This document shows positions 26,520 through 39,000 of a DNA stretch of 64,000 bases, in pieces. Within the stretch, counting starts at the first letter, position 1. Each line of letters begins with the position of its first letter. The position numbers were made by a program, and so were the translations under genes. The stretch spans positions 161,076,001-161,140,000 of the forward strand of contig CM097886.1 of assembly GCA_044892525.1 (NCBI GenBank). Direction: 5' to 3'. A model generated the notes under the pieces. It made no database searches and was not told the DNA's origin. It worked only from the letters and a program-made list of their open reading frames with translations. This stretch comes from Schmidtea polychroa. Its lineage: Eukaryota.

Positions 26520-27060
26520 AACCCCAGTGGCGGTCAGGACGAAGAACAAGGATCCGATCTATGTTGATTATGATGTTTTCTCTTCTTTCGACAAACATTA
26601 GTAAAGTGTACAGCTGAATCCTTGTGTCATAACGTTGAAATTAATAAATCTTGTTGTCTTACACGTTTTCGTTCATGAATAATTAGACTTTAATTAAGTG
26701 GGTTGAGTAGAGAACCCGCAAGATCTAGTGAGAAATTCCCAATTTGCATTCAGCGAATCCTGATAAGTGGTTGTGTAAGGAAATGGACGTAAGCCCTTCT
26801 ATCGGCAGTCGTGAATGGGAAGTCGAGGCCTCAGCAAGGAGTAGTTTTAAGGCAGAAGCTCACCTGCTTGCTGGTGTCTCGCCTGCATAGTGCAGTACCA
26901 ACGTGAAGTGATTCACGGGCACTATGTTGGAAGAAAGTTATGTGGGGTTTCACTCCAGGTTGACAAATCGGTGGCGCCTTTTATTCGAGATGGACAATCA
27001 ACCCTTAGACCCGTCAATATGGTAGAGCGGTCAGCCGAGGTGTAACCCCAACATGATTTT

Positions 27061-27078
27061 TGGGGGCTCAGCCGGGAT
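27061..27078 (+). promoter_or_regulatory. Primer-binding site, tRNA-Pro-like
   Basis: TGGGGGCTCAGCCGGGAT, 16/18 identical to the canonical tRNA-Pro PBS TGGGGGCTCGTCCGGGAT; 7 nt downstream of the 5' LTR. Confidence 0.8.
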
Positions 27079-27391
27079 CTACAATCGATCGAAATTTCTA
27101 TTAACGAATGCGAAATTCACCGGGATTTTCATAAAAAATTAAAGGGATTTATCACATCGATTTTCTGTTTTCGACCGACCATTGCTTGACGAATGCCAAT
27201 TGACTATTGATTATTAAATTATATTAGGAACTAAGTAGAGAAAATCAAAATGTAGATAATAGAAAAATTAAGGATATAAATAAAGGAGATAAAGTAGTCA
27301 AATTAAATAATTAACAATGGTTAAAGAAACCAATTAACGAATTAACTATTAATTTACTACATATTATTAAAACATTACTTTTCCAACAGCT

Positions 27392-27877
27392 ATGACAGAA
27401 TTCGCGAACCAAATGCAACAACTGCTCAAGTTTATCGATATAGAAAACGACTCCCTAACAACACTGACGCATAAAAGAGAAAAAATCAACGCGATATTAC
27501 TGCAAGCAATCGGACAAACACCAGTCGTACCTAATCATATGATATTAGCCACAGGCCTAAGTCGCCCAGATGGAAAAATAAACCCCGAAACCGTATATCA
27601 GTGGTATCAAGAGAGATTGAACCACCCAACATTAAATCTAGATTATCAGCGTCTAAAAGACTCACTAAATACAATACCAGATGCAATCGAACAAAAAATA
27701 CAGGAAAAAGTTAACCAATTACGAACTTGTATAGCCTGCAAACTCCGTCCTATTCGCGTATTATTCTTGCCGTGTGGACACCTCAGTCACTGTGAAGAGT
27801 GTGTAAAAGACCTAAAAAGATGCACGCTGTGCAAATATGAAATAAAAGAGACCCATATGGTCTATTATGGCGAATGA
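27392..27877 (+). CDS. 161-aa protein with C-terminal IAP/MDM2-type RING finger (putative E3 ligase), in the element's 5' leader
   Basis: CIACKLRPIRVLFLPCGHLSHCEECVKDLKRCTLCKYEIKETHMVY, with the FLPCGH motif and extreme C-terminal position typical of IAP RINGs; preceded by the acceptor ttacttttccaacag (27387-89). Confidence 0.85.
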   Translation: MTEFANQMQQLLKFIDIENDSLTTLTHKREKINAILLQAIGQTPVVPNHMILATGLSRPDGKINPETVYQWYQERLNHPTLNLDYQRLKDSLNTIPDAIEQKIQEKVNQLRTCIACKLRPIRVLFLPCGHLSHCEECVKDLKRCTLCKYEIKETHMVYYGE

Positions 27878-28459
27878 AACGGCCGGCGATGTAACAGCAA
27901 GTATACGATGTTTGAACAAGAATGCATGAAATTGTTGAAGTAACACGTACTGTTAATGATTCAATCTTTATGTTTATGATAAATAAATTCGTCTTTAAAA
28001 AGTTTTGATGATTAGGACTAATAAAATTTGCATGACGAATGAATATTTGCGTGTTTGTTTTGTTTTAATTTTTTTTTTTCGGAATCAAATGAAGAGAGGG
28101 TTGAATAACGTGGAATTAGTCCCAATATAGACTGCAGGGGTACAAACCGAGCCACCTTCGGGCGGTACGTCTTATTGCAAGAACCCGTTGGGAGGGGATA
28201 ACTGATCAACCCAAGTAAGAAGCGTAGGGCGGGGTACCATCGCATATGATGAGAAGTTTTTGCGACATGACTGATCACCATGCCAATGTAGAAATGGATC
28301 ATCGCGATCGTCGTGCGTTTTGAGCAAGGGGGGAAAGGGGAAACACTCCCAAGCGGTAAAGATTAAGTCGACAAATTAAAAGTAGACAGAGAAAATGGTA
28401 AACTAGAGTAAAAGAAGAAAAGAGAAATAGAAGCATGCAGAGCGAGGAATATTGAAGCC

Positions 28460-28822
28460 GAGCTGTCGAATAATCCAGCCGGTCAAGGAAGAAGATTGAG
28501 CTGTTGAATAGTGCCAGCCAGTCGTAAGGTCGAGTTGTGAAAAGTCCAACCGATCAGGAAGGAGGAAGACTGAGCTGTTGAATAGTGCCAGCCAGTCGTA
28601 AGGTCGAGTTGTGAAAAGTCCAACCGATCAGGAAGGAGGAAGACTGAGCTGTTGAATAGTGCCAGCCAGTCGTAAGGTCGAGTTGTGAAAAGTCCAACCG
28701 ATCAGGAAGGAGGAAGATTGAGCTGTTGAATAGTGCCAGCCAGTCGTAAGATTGAGTTGTTGAATAGTCCAACCGATCAGAAGGAAGAAGATTGAGCTGT
28801 TGAATAGTGCCAGCCAGTCGTA
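28460..28822 (+). repeat. Higher-order tandem repeat, 74-bp unit (34+40-bp related subunits), ~4.5 copies
   Basis: gagctgttgaatag recurs at 28498, 28572, 28646, 28720 and 28794; a degenerate 38-bp subunit sits at 28460. Confidence 0.92.
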
Positions 28823-30082
28823 AAGGCCTAGAAAAGCGAGAGATAGCAGTTAAGCTACAATGAGATAATATTTAAATTACTAGTGATATGGAATATTAAA
28901 GCTAGCTAGAACAAATTGAATGTAATTTTGAAAATTCGAGTTTAGAGAGGAAATAAACGAGCTCGTGGAAAAGAAAATAGGATTATAATGAAAAAGGAAA
29001 GGGAAGAAGGAAACGAATTAAAGAGATAATAGAAAATAAAGAATAGATGAAACGATGATAATGAGTAAAGAGGAAAGTAACTAACTAATTAAAGGGATCC
29101 CAGTGAAGTAGAGAAACTCTACGGAATATTTTTTTTGTTGGTTAAACCGGGAAAATGCATTTTATTGGTTCCAGAGTAGAACCGAGCGTAATAATAGTGA
29201 ATATGAAAAGTAAAATAGCGACAACAGCGCAAAAGGATTAGGAAAATGAAAGGGGGGTAATAAGCAGAGACCGACAACGACCTATTTTTACTATAATTGA
29301 TAACGAATAGATAATTATTACGACTTTATAGATAATTGTTACTACCCCATATAGATAATTTAAAATCGACGGAAAATACGGGCTGATGGGATATTATAAA
29401 CCGCAGACAGGATTTCACAAAAGATAGGGGAAGCACAAACAGAAACCTAAAAGGTGTCTGTTTTTGAATGTTGTAGAAAGAATGATGAAGTCGTGTAAGC
29501 AAATGCAACACGAGATCATTTTTTCATTTTAGATATCAAGCCAATCCAGCCAACCAAGACAATCCAGAACCTGCACAAAAGGAATTCGAAGAAATCGACA
29601 ATCAACCAAGGATAAATCCATTCAGAACCCGCACCGAGAGACACAGCAACCGGAAGACTCCCGAACGGAAGAAGTATTAGCAGCCATCTGCCAAGGATTA
29701 GAAACACAATCAGAACCGAACGCGACCAATTCAATAGCCGCTAATTACCAAGAAGCGTAAGAAAGGAATCACGGATAAACCCAATCTTAGATCTTCAAGT
29801 AAGCCAGGAGACGTATTATTTTCAGGAGACGAATTACAACAACTCAAAAGAGGACGATCCATTAAACATCAAAGAGGAATATCACAAGGATCCAGAAGAA
29901 CCAATCAAGTACCCATATTTGACCAAGAAAATCTCGGATATACCCCTAGTCGATCTCGAAGTAGAGAAAGTCTGTCCGATATCACTAATAGTTTAGCAAC
30001 GTCAACCGAAGAATTATCAGCCCAAAGTTTAGTCACATCGTTAGACAATTTAAAAGAAACAGACGAACCTAGAACACCAATC

Positions 30083-33000
30083 ATGACGAATGTCGTAAAA
30101 ACCGACGAGTATAAAGAGAAGTTCAGAGGAGAACCGTTCAACGGAAATGCAAACAAGCTAGCAACGTTCATAACTAATTTTGAAGTTTATATCACTGTGT
30201 GTGGATGGACACCCGAAGCAATTAGTAAAAGGATGCCGTTGTTTTTGTGCGATAGTGCATTAGAGGTATATTTAGAAGCTAAAGAGAGAGACACGAAATT
30301 AGAAAAGTGGGAAGATATTAAAACATTCCTGAAGAAAACCTTCGGAGCCAGTAAGCCAATCAACCAGGCGTTGGGCGAACTAGCAAATAGGAAACAAAGA
30401 GCAAACGAATCGATAACATTATATGCCAGTGAATTGCGGAGATTAGCGAAGAAAGCAATGAATGGAAAATTACCCGAAGAAAATCTGATCGGTTATTTCA
30501 TAGAGGGATTACGCCGAGAAGAAGTAAGAGCCTCAGTAGGTTGTCAAATGTGCAAAACATTAGAGGAAGCCATAGATTGGGCTACAAGATGCGAGCTCCA
30601 CCTTCCAGCTCAAATGAATATTATGCAAGAGGAGGGAAGGATAGCGACAGCAATAGCGAAAGCGGATAACGGAGATAACAACAATCAAGAACCGAAAATG
30701 AATCAATTTATACCAGGAGCGCACCAAATTTTCAAACCACCACAAGGACGATCAAACGGGAATAATGGTAATCGTAACAACCCGAATAATGAGAACAATT
30801 TCAATAATCGGCGAAATATGAACGATAACAAGCAGTGCCGAACATGCGGTAAACCAGGACACTGGGACAGAGATTGTTATAGAAATTCAAATTGTAATCG
30901 TTGCGGACGGCGTGGACATACCGAAAATGTATGCCAATTGCGAGGCTGTTTTAACTGTGGTCAGCCAGGTCACATCTCCAGAGATTGCCGAGAAAGGGGC
31001 CAACAACAACGACCACCACAGCGAAATAATAATTATATAGCGAATCCGCAACGACAAAGTAACCCTAACGAAGGAAAACAAATGAACGTTATGCAGGAAA
31101 TTTCGCAGATGAAACAGATGATGCAACAAATGATGAGACCAAGACAAGAATCAGCACCACAACAAACCCAGAATATACGTATGATGAGGAGTACCGAAAA
31201 TCTCAACAATTATGAAGTGCATCAACATGTACAAGAATGGCAAAGGCTACAGGCCGAGGAAGAGAGGATAAAACGAGAACGCAACCAACAACGACAAGAA
31301 CAACCATTGCGAATAAATATGATGAAGTTAGTAAAAGACATGAAGAGCCAGTATTGCTACAATTACGGGAAAAGCCCAAGGGTAGTACCCATGACTGAAC
31401 CAGAAAAAGTAAAGGAAATAACAACGGAAATGAAAACAGAGAATTCAACCACGATTTCAAAAGGAAACCAGAGAATTCAGAAAATATTCTGGAAAAAGAT
31501 AAAGGATAAAATCGAAAAAGAACATAATAAAGCGAAAACCGAGACAGAAGATGAAAATAACAAGAGCGAGGAACAAACCAGTCAACTAAATCACCAAATG
31601 CTACAAGAATCAGAATCAGAAGAAACAACAATATTCGAAAGAAAGAAACTAAAGAGAGTACCAAGGATGAGAAACTTGCAAATCAATATGATGAAAAGGA
31701 CAAAAGATGTAGCATCGTCAGACGAAGAAGAAGATTATGTAAGTAGTTTGGGTGGAGAAATACTACAGCCGAATGAAATAAGCGAACCCTCAAAAGGGGA
31801 AATCAAAGAGGAAGAAAGCGGAAACGAGATAACCAGTGAAAGTGAAGACGAAGATATCGAAATAAAGTTGAGAAAAGCAAGGGAGGAAGCGATAAAACAG
31901 GTAGCCGAAATACTCCCAGTAGTAGTGAGGAACCAAGAGTTCATCGACGTAATACCATTCAGGCGATTCGTGCAAAAAGTGATGAAATTGGAAAGAAACG
32001 AGAAAGATCTAATACCAAACGAGGAAAAACCAATTATAAAAAACTATATGGAAAAAATGAAGCAGGCCGATACCACGCGGTATGTAATAAAAATTGGAAC
32101 GAGTAGAGGACTTGAAAGAATGTGGATAAAAAATACAGTCACCGACGAACTTTTCGATTGGATACGAGAACATTTGGGAAGTTCGAGAAAGAAAGAATAT
32201 CTGTATCAATACCAAGGAGAACAGATCAAACCAGATATGCACTTAGTAGATGCACTAATATGGCCAGGAGAAACGCAAATACTGAAGTTGCATAAAGAAA
32301 AACAACCAGCCAACCTTTACGACTGGGCTAAAGATGCCAAGGCAGAATATGATTTTAATATCAAATTGAAATTAGAACAAATAAAACAATGTACTCTGAG
32401 ACGAAACCTGGATAAGCTGATCAAACAAATTCAAGAACAAGTAGAAGACAACTGGGATTTACTCATCACCAGACGAGCCCCAGCCATGTACGAACTAATG
32501 AGCCGGTTGCGAGATACAGAAATGCTCCGAATGAGTGATTGGAGAACCATAAAGTTGATCCACAAATATGGAAGGTTAAAAGAAACCCAGCCACAGAGGT
32601 TGGAAATAACCATATGGTTACCGAACGAAGAAAAACGACGAATAAAAATGAGCAATCAGAGTACAGTGGATGACTTGGTATCAAAAATAAACCAAGAGAT
32701 AACGGAAAAGGTACGTAGCGAAAGTAGTGATGGTATGGTGGATGATGTAGTCATGATGTACGATAAGATAATATTACGAGCGGAGGACGACACCTCGTTA
32801 AGCGAAATGGGTATGTGGGACAATCATCAGATAATCAGGATAGTACCAATGGATGAATTCCGAACAAGAGATGTAACATATCAAAAAGAAATACGAGACC
32901 GGATGAAAACGTTGTATCAAAAATCTACAGAAATAATTGAAATCCACCAACAATGGTTAAAAGAAAAAGAGCTACAAGGAAAAATCACGAAATTAAATAC

Positions 33001-36000
33001 CAGATCTTGCAGACGAACCCCATGGGAAAGAGTGTGGAATGCAGAAAGTAAGGAATGGGAAATCCGGAAAGGAACCTTCGTGGAAACAGACATTGGTGAG
33101 ACAGAAAGTGAATCGGAGGAAGAAGAAGAGGAACCTCCAAAATATGAAGAGGAAGCAAGGGAACAGACATCAGATGACGAAGGCGAGACGGATGTCACAT
33201 CAGAAAGCGAAAATGAAGCGAGACATATTCATGCAATGAGGAAAAAGGAACGTGAATATGCTGATATGGACGGCGAGGAAGCGACGGAAGCAAGAGAACG
33301 AGAAGAGAAAGAAAGATATAAACAATTAGGCGATATTTTAGCAATGGGAGCGAAAAATCAAAAACGCCAGGTAGTAGCGTTGGCTAATATCATCTTAAAA
33401 ACATCAGAGAATATCCACAATCTGAGAGGAATGGCAAAGGCAATAGAGGAATACCGGCAATATAATGAATGGTATCCAGAACAGCTAGAACAAATTATTC
33501 GAAAATGGAGAAATCAGGAATGGGCACAAGACACCCAGGAGAGGTATCACATCCGAATCAAGTATCCGGACAAGAGCATCGAGGAACTAGAGGTGCATCC
33601 AACAACAAAAATTAGAGAACTAAAAAAGAAATTAGCATATGAAACTCCATTCCATCTGCAACTGTTCGGAAAATCACTAGACGATAATGCAGACGTCGGG
33701 ATAACACCCATGAGATTGGAAGAGACAAATGTATTAACAATGGCAGAAACGTTGGGAAAACCGTTAAAAAGGAAAAGTAAAATTATTAAACCAACAAAAG
33801 GCAGTTTGAGTACTCCAAGTCCGAACAAAGCACCAAGTAAATCTAATGAAACTGAAGAAGTTGAAGAGATAATCCTGGAAGATAGTGACGATGAACCAGG
33901 AGAAAGATCACCGCTATTAGTGAGATGGCCGACAGGAGCCGAAATGTGGACTAATAACCAGCCATCAACGAGTTATCAACAACCAACGAAACTGAACAGC
34001 AAAGAAATCATCGACAATACTACGGAAACCGAAACGGATGAACAATTCCAGAAGCAAAGAGAACCAACGAAAGTAACACCAGAAAGTCAAACCGACAAAA
34101 TAATAGACGAATGGAATGAGTGGCTAAGAAATAACGATAGCTCATTACCCAGAACGGATAACGAAAGAAATCCGAATTACGAAAATACCAGAGAAGCCGG
34201 AACGATGATGGAAAAACGGGCAAAAGGAAGACCTAAGAAACAAGGAGAAAAGTCTGAGTTCAAAACCAAAGAACAATTAAAGCAAGAACAAGGGCAAGTT
34301 CGATTAGAAAAATTGGATAAAATAGTATGGGATCTAAAGGAAGCCCAACCAACGATCGAAAGAGGAGAAAAATGGATACGAGAATTGTTAAAAGATATGT
34401 TAATAATAACAAACCCACAACTTAGACGTTTGTGGCAACGGAAAGTAGCCAGTACGGAAGCTAGACAATTATGGCACATCGTTTCGGGGATAATCCCAAA
34501 GTTAATCAAAGAGAAAACGAAAACCACCAAAACGGATTGGGGCGAAACAAAGAAAGTGATTGAGCAGCTCACGACAAATGCAAATGATGACGAGCATCAC
34601 CTAGTGGTAATCACGTATTTGATGTATAATTTGATGGGACTAGCTGCGAGGAAAATACCAAATAAACAGTTTGCAAATCATGTGGAAATGACCGTTTCAA
34701 TCATAGAGAATACTATTGAACCACATATTATTCGTGCCGGAGGATGGAAAAGACTTATACAAGCGCCACGGAAAAATGAGCAAGAAAGGTCGATGCAAGT
34801 TAGATTGAAAAAATTGTTAAATGAACTAGAATGGGAACTACCGATGAAAGATCCCGCAAGCCGAAAAGCATCAATAAATTCGTTAATGATGACTATGATG
34901 ATATGGATGTTGTGCACAAGTGGAGCAACAGGTTTTACCATCTACGATTGTGATAATATGATAATGAGAGATAAATACTCATTGAGAGACATAGAAGAAT
35001 GCAGACAAGCCTCACCCAACAAATTGGACATCGTGAGAACAAAAGTTACTTACCATGTATATCAAGAATCAGATTTCATCAGAACGCAAGCAAGGGAATG
35101 CGTAGTATCAAAAAAGGTACTCGCATATTACTGTGGACAATATTCGTATTCGACTCTTATACTACCCGGTCTGGATAAGGAAATCGTATCAATACAACGA
35201 GAGGATTGTAAAGAGCTATTTAGAACCGGAGCGCTAAAAATGCATAACGGAGTGACAATTCACGGACAAACTGGAATGATTAAAACCGAAAGTGTTTACG
35301 TATCCGGAAAAGTAAAATCATCAGATGGGTCATGTAACGGAGGTACGTATACGATCCGAGGCGAGGTAATATCGGGAGTTGTAGTGATCGAGTCTTACAC
35401 GGTCGAATTAAAAGAATACGAAGCGCAATTTGACGCAAATAATTACCAAATGAAGACCAACCCAACGTGTAGAGCTACAGAAAACGTATGCAGGACAGGA
35501 GTATCAACTATAATCTATGAAGCTAATACCCAAAAATGCCGACTCCAACTGTTAAAAAGTGCTTTGTTCAATGAAGTAAAAGGAGAAATATATGAGAACG
35601 AGAACGACGAGGATGGAAACGACAGAGTGAGAATGCGAAATGGAAAACCAATGCCACCATCTCCCAGAGAAAAGAGACTTTCAACGCAGAAGACACCAAC
35701 AGCATTAATCACAGACGATCCAGATCTAGGTATGAGGTTTATCAAAGAGAAAGAAACCACCAAATGTGACAGTATAGTATATAAAACCAATTACGCAGGT
35801 ATCTATATGTCGAGACAAATAATCGATAGAGCAGTGGGAAAGATAGCAACGGAGGACGTAAAACTATACTTATATGCAAATAATAAAATGGATTTTCTAT
35901 TTCATCGTGGACAAACGACCTTGCAAAAAGTATATTACGATCTGATACAAAACGATTGTTCATTGAATAAAGAAATATTGAAAACAAAGCTAGCTATTGC

Positions 36001-39000
36001 GATAACGCACCCAGATAACACGATGCCATCCCTCCCATTACCAGATGGACACTTTGGTAGAATGGTAGGAGAAGTGATGTACACATACCAGTGTACCAAG
36101 ACGTATGCACGAATGCCAGAAAAATCCATACTACCCGAAAAGAGATGTGCAAATGAATTAGAAATCCGTTATAAAGGACAAAATCGATTCGTCCAACCAG
36201 TCACTAGAATTATGAATCCAGTGGGTTTCTACCCAAATCTCTTTAACTGTTCTAATGCATACGGACCTTTATATGAAAGACCCGATGGGAAATGGATGAT
36301 GTTACCGGGAAAAACCATATCCGAGGAACCCAAGAAATTTGGATTAATAGAACTCGCCACAGAGCTGGATTTCAAACCTATAGACGTGTCAAACGGTGGT
36401 ATGTATTCCCCAGAAGATCTAGAAACAGCACGACTTAACGTACTCTTTCCAGCCAGACGAGAATCCATTTTGTCAAATATGGTTACAATAACGGGGGGAA
36501 CAAACTATCAATCAGGCCCGAATTACGAGCTGCTATTATCGCCAGACCATTTTCAACAAGCTACGTCAAACATGATGAAAGCAATGTGGGGAAGATTCTT
36601 AGTTTTTGGACAAATGATGGCCGGGATATTAGGGATCATACTCATAATTCAGATAGTCAGAGTAATACTAACACAAATGTTAGCTTGTTTCGATATATAC
36701 AAGCGGGAAAAGAAAGTTAACTGGAAAATGATAGTAGGCTTCTTACCATTTTTAGCTAAAACCATGGTATTACATGGTCACTCAAAAGACATTCATCGGA
36801 TAAAGCGATTGATTAAAATATTAACAAAGATTAAAGGAACCGACGAGGAAGTAGGCAGACGATTCCGGAAAGTAATGTACGATGAAGCAACAAGACGACA
36901 ATTGAAAAAGAATAAGCCAAAATTCTTGGACCGATTTAGAAGCCAATCATCTAACAGCGATAGTGACGACGATGATAACGGGAACGATAAATGTCTTTAT
37001 CCAAACAGAAACCCAAACGAAAAACCAATGGAAACGGCACCATATTGGGAAAAGGAAAAGACAAACACCTGGATCGCCAATGGAAGCTATATACCACCGG
37101 ATATCGTGGGACCACAAGCAGCTTTGACCATGACACAAAATATGTATCCGCAATTACCGAGTCAACCCGGTATGCATTATATGCCAATACGACGTACCAA
37201 AAGTGTAGATCAAGCAGATGACGTAAGAACAATCGCAGCAATGAGTCTACCTGGAGGTCCAGCAGTAACAGTTATGATTCAAATCAATGGTAAAGAAACC
37301 AATGCTATGATAGACACAGGAGCTAATGTATCAGCGATAGCGATTAATCAAATTCCCAGTAAACACTGGAAAGATATCGAATCAACAACAATTCACATCA
37401 TAGCATGTAGTAAAGAAACAGTGGACGTGGTCGGAAGATGGTGGACTACATTGAGATACCAGGACAACGAAATTGAAACGTATTTGGCAGTAATACCAAA
37501 ACTTAGCGTACCATGCATAATCGGAACGGACCTGATGCCAGAATTATTAAAAGAAGTCGTAATAGACTTAACAACTATGTGTTTAAAAGACAAAACCGGT
37601 AGAATATGCAAAATGAATGCAGTCATCAGATGTCCAGAAAAAATAATAGTACCAGCAAAATCGCAGATGATTTGTCAGATAAAAGTGGATACGGGTATGG
37701 AAGGAGAAGTTATCTTTGAACCAAGCAAGTCATTCGAAAAGCGACGAGAATTACCACTCGCAAGAGAAATAATCACAATAAACCAAGAAGGAGTGATACC
37801 GCTCAACATCACGAATTTCGAAGAGGAAGACAAAATCATTTATGAGAACGAAAAATTGGGAAGATTGACCCCAATGATGGACATAGAATTACCGAAAGTG
37901 ACCAACGAGATGATCAAAGATGATGAATTATGGACAATAGATAGTATGTTGTTGACGAATGATGAAAAGAAAAAATTACACCGATTGTTGGTAGAATATA
38001 AAGATATATTCGCCATCTCAGACTTAGACTTGGGTACATGCGATGTTACCCTACATGCAATACCCCTCATAGATGAAACTCCAATTGCATTAAGACCATA
38101 CAAGCTAGCAGAAATGCAAAAAGAAATAGCCGAAGCCGAAGTACAAAAGATGCTGGACGCAAAAGTAATCGAACCAAGTTGCTCACCTTGGCAATTCCCA
38201 GTGGTCATGGTGAAAAAGAAAGATGGCACCCAACGATTCTGTATCGATTATCGGAAGTTAAACGCAGTGACCAAGAGAGATACCTATCCATTGCCGGACA
38301 TCAATGAGATGTTATTGATGTTGCAAGGGGCAGCATATTTTACTTCTTTAGATCTAAAAAGTGGATACTGGCAGATTAAAGTCAAAGATGAGGACAAAGA
38401 GAAAACAGCTTTCACGTTGGGACGAGATCTATATCAATTCAGGAAAATGCCATTTGGACTGACCAACGCACCAGCATCATTTCAACGGTGTATGAACTTT
38501 GTCACCCATGGAATCAAACAATGTATGGTATATATTGATGATTTACTAATCTATTCAGCGACATTTGAACAACATCTGGAAGATATCCGAAACGTATTTA
38601 TTAGATTAAGACAGTGGAAACTCAAACTCAAACCATCAAAATGCGATTGGGCAAAGGAAAAAGTCACGTTTTTAGGACACATAGTGTCAGCTAAAGGAAA
38701 GGAGCCAGATCCAAGAAACATTGAGAAAATAAAAACATGTCCAGCACCGAAAACTGTCACCCAAGTGCAGGAATTTCTAGGATTATGCGGATACTATCGC
38801 AAATTTATCAAAAATTATGCAGGAATTGCAAAACCAATCCAGGAATTAGTAAAGAAGGATATTTCGTTCATTTGGGAAAAAGAACAACAACAGGCGTTCG
38901 AAACGCTGAGGGATAAACTAATCGAAGCACCTATCCTCGTACACCCAGATTTTAAGAAGCCATTTCTATTGGCAACGGATGCAAGCGGGTACGCGGCAGG

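Larger units (their letters stand above)
22904..27053 (+). repeat. 5' LTR (4,150 bp)
   Basis: Starts tgttgggctgagtcg, ends gtgtaaccccaaca, with a 7-bp terminal inverted repeat; matches 48970-53119. Confidence 0.97.

Noticed and set aside
28460-28822. Repeat array as CRISPR
   Set aside because: Head-to-tail units with no unique spacers, eukaryotic context, no cas genes.
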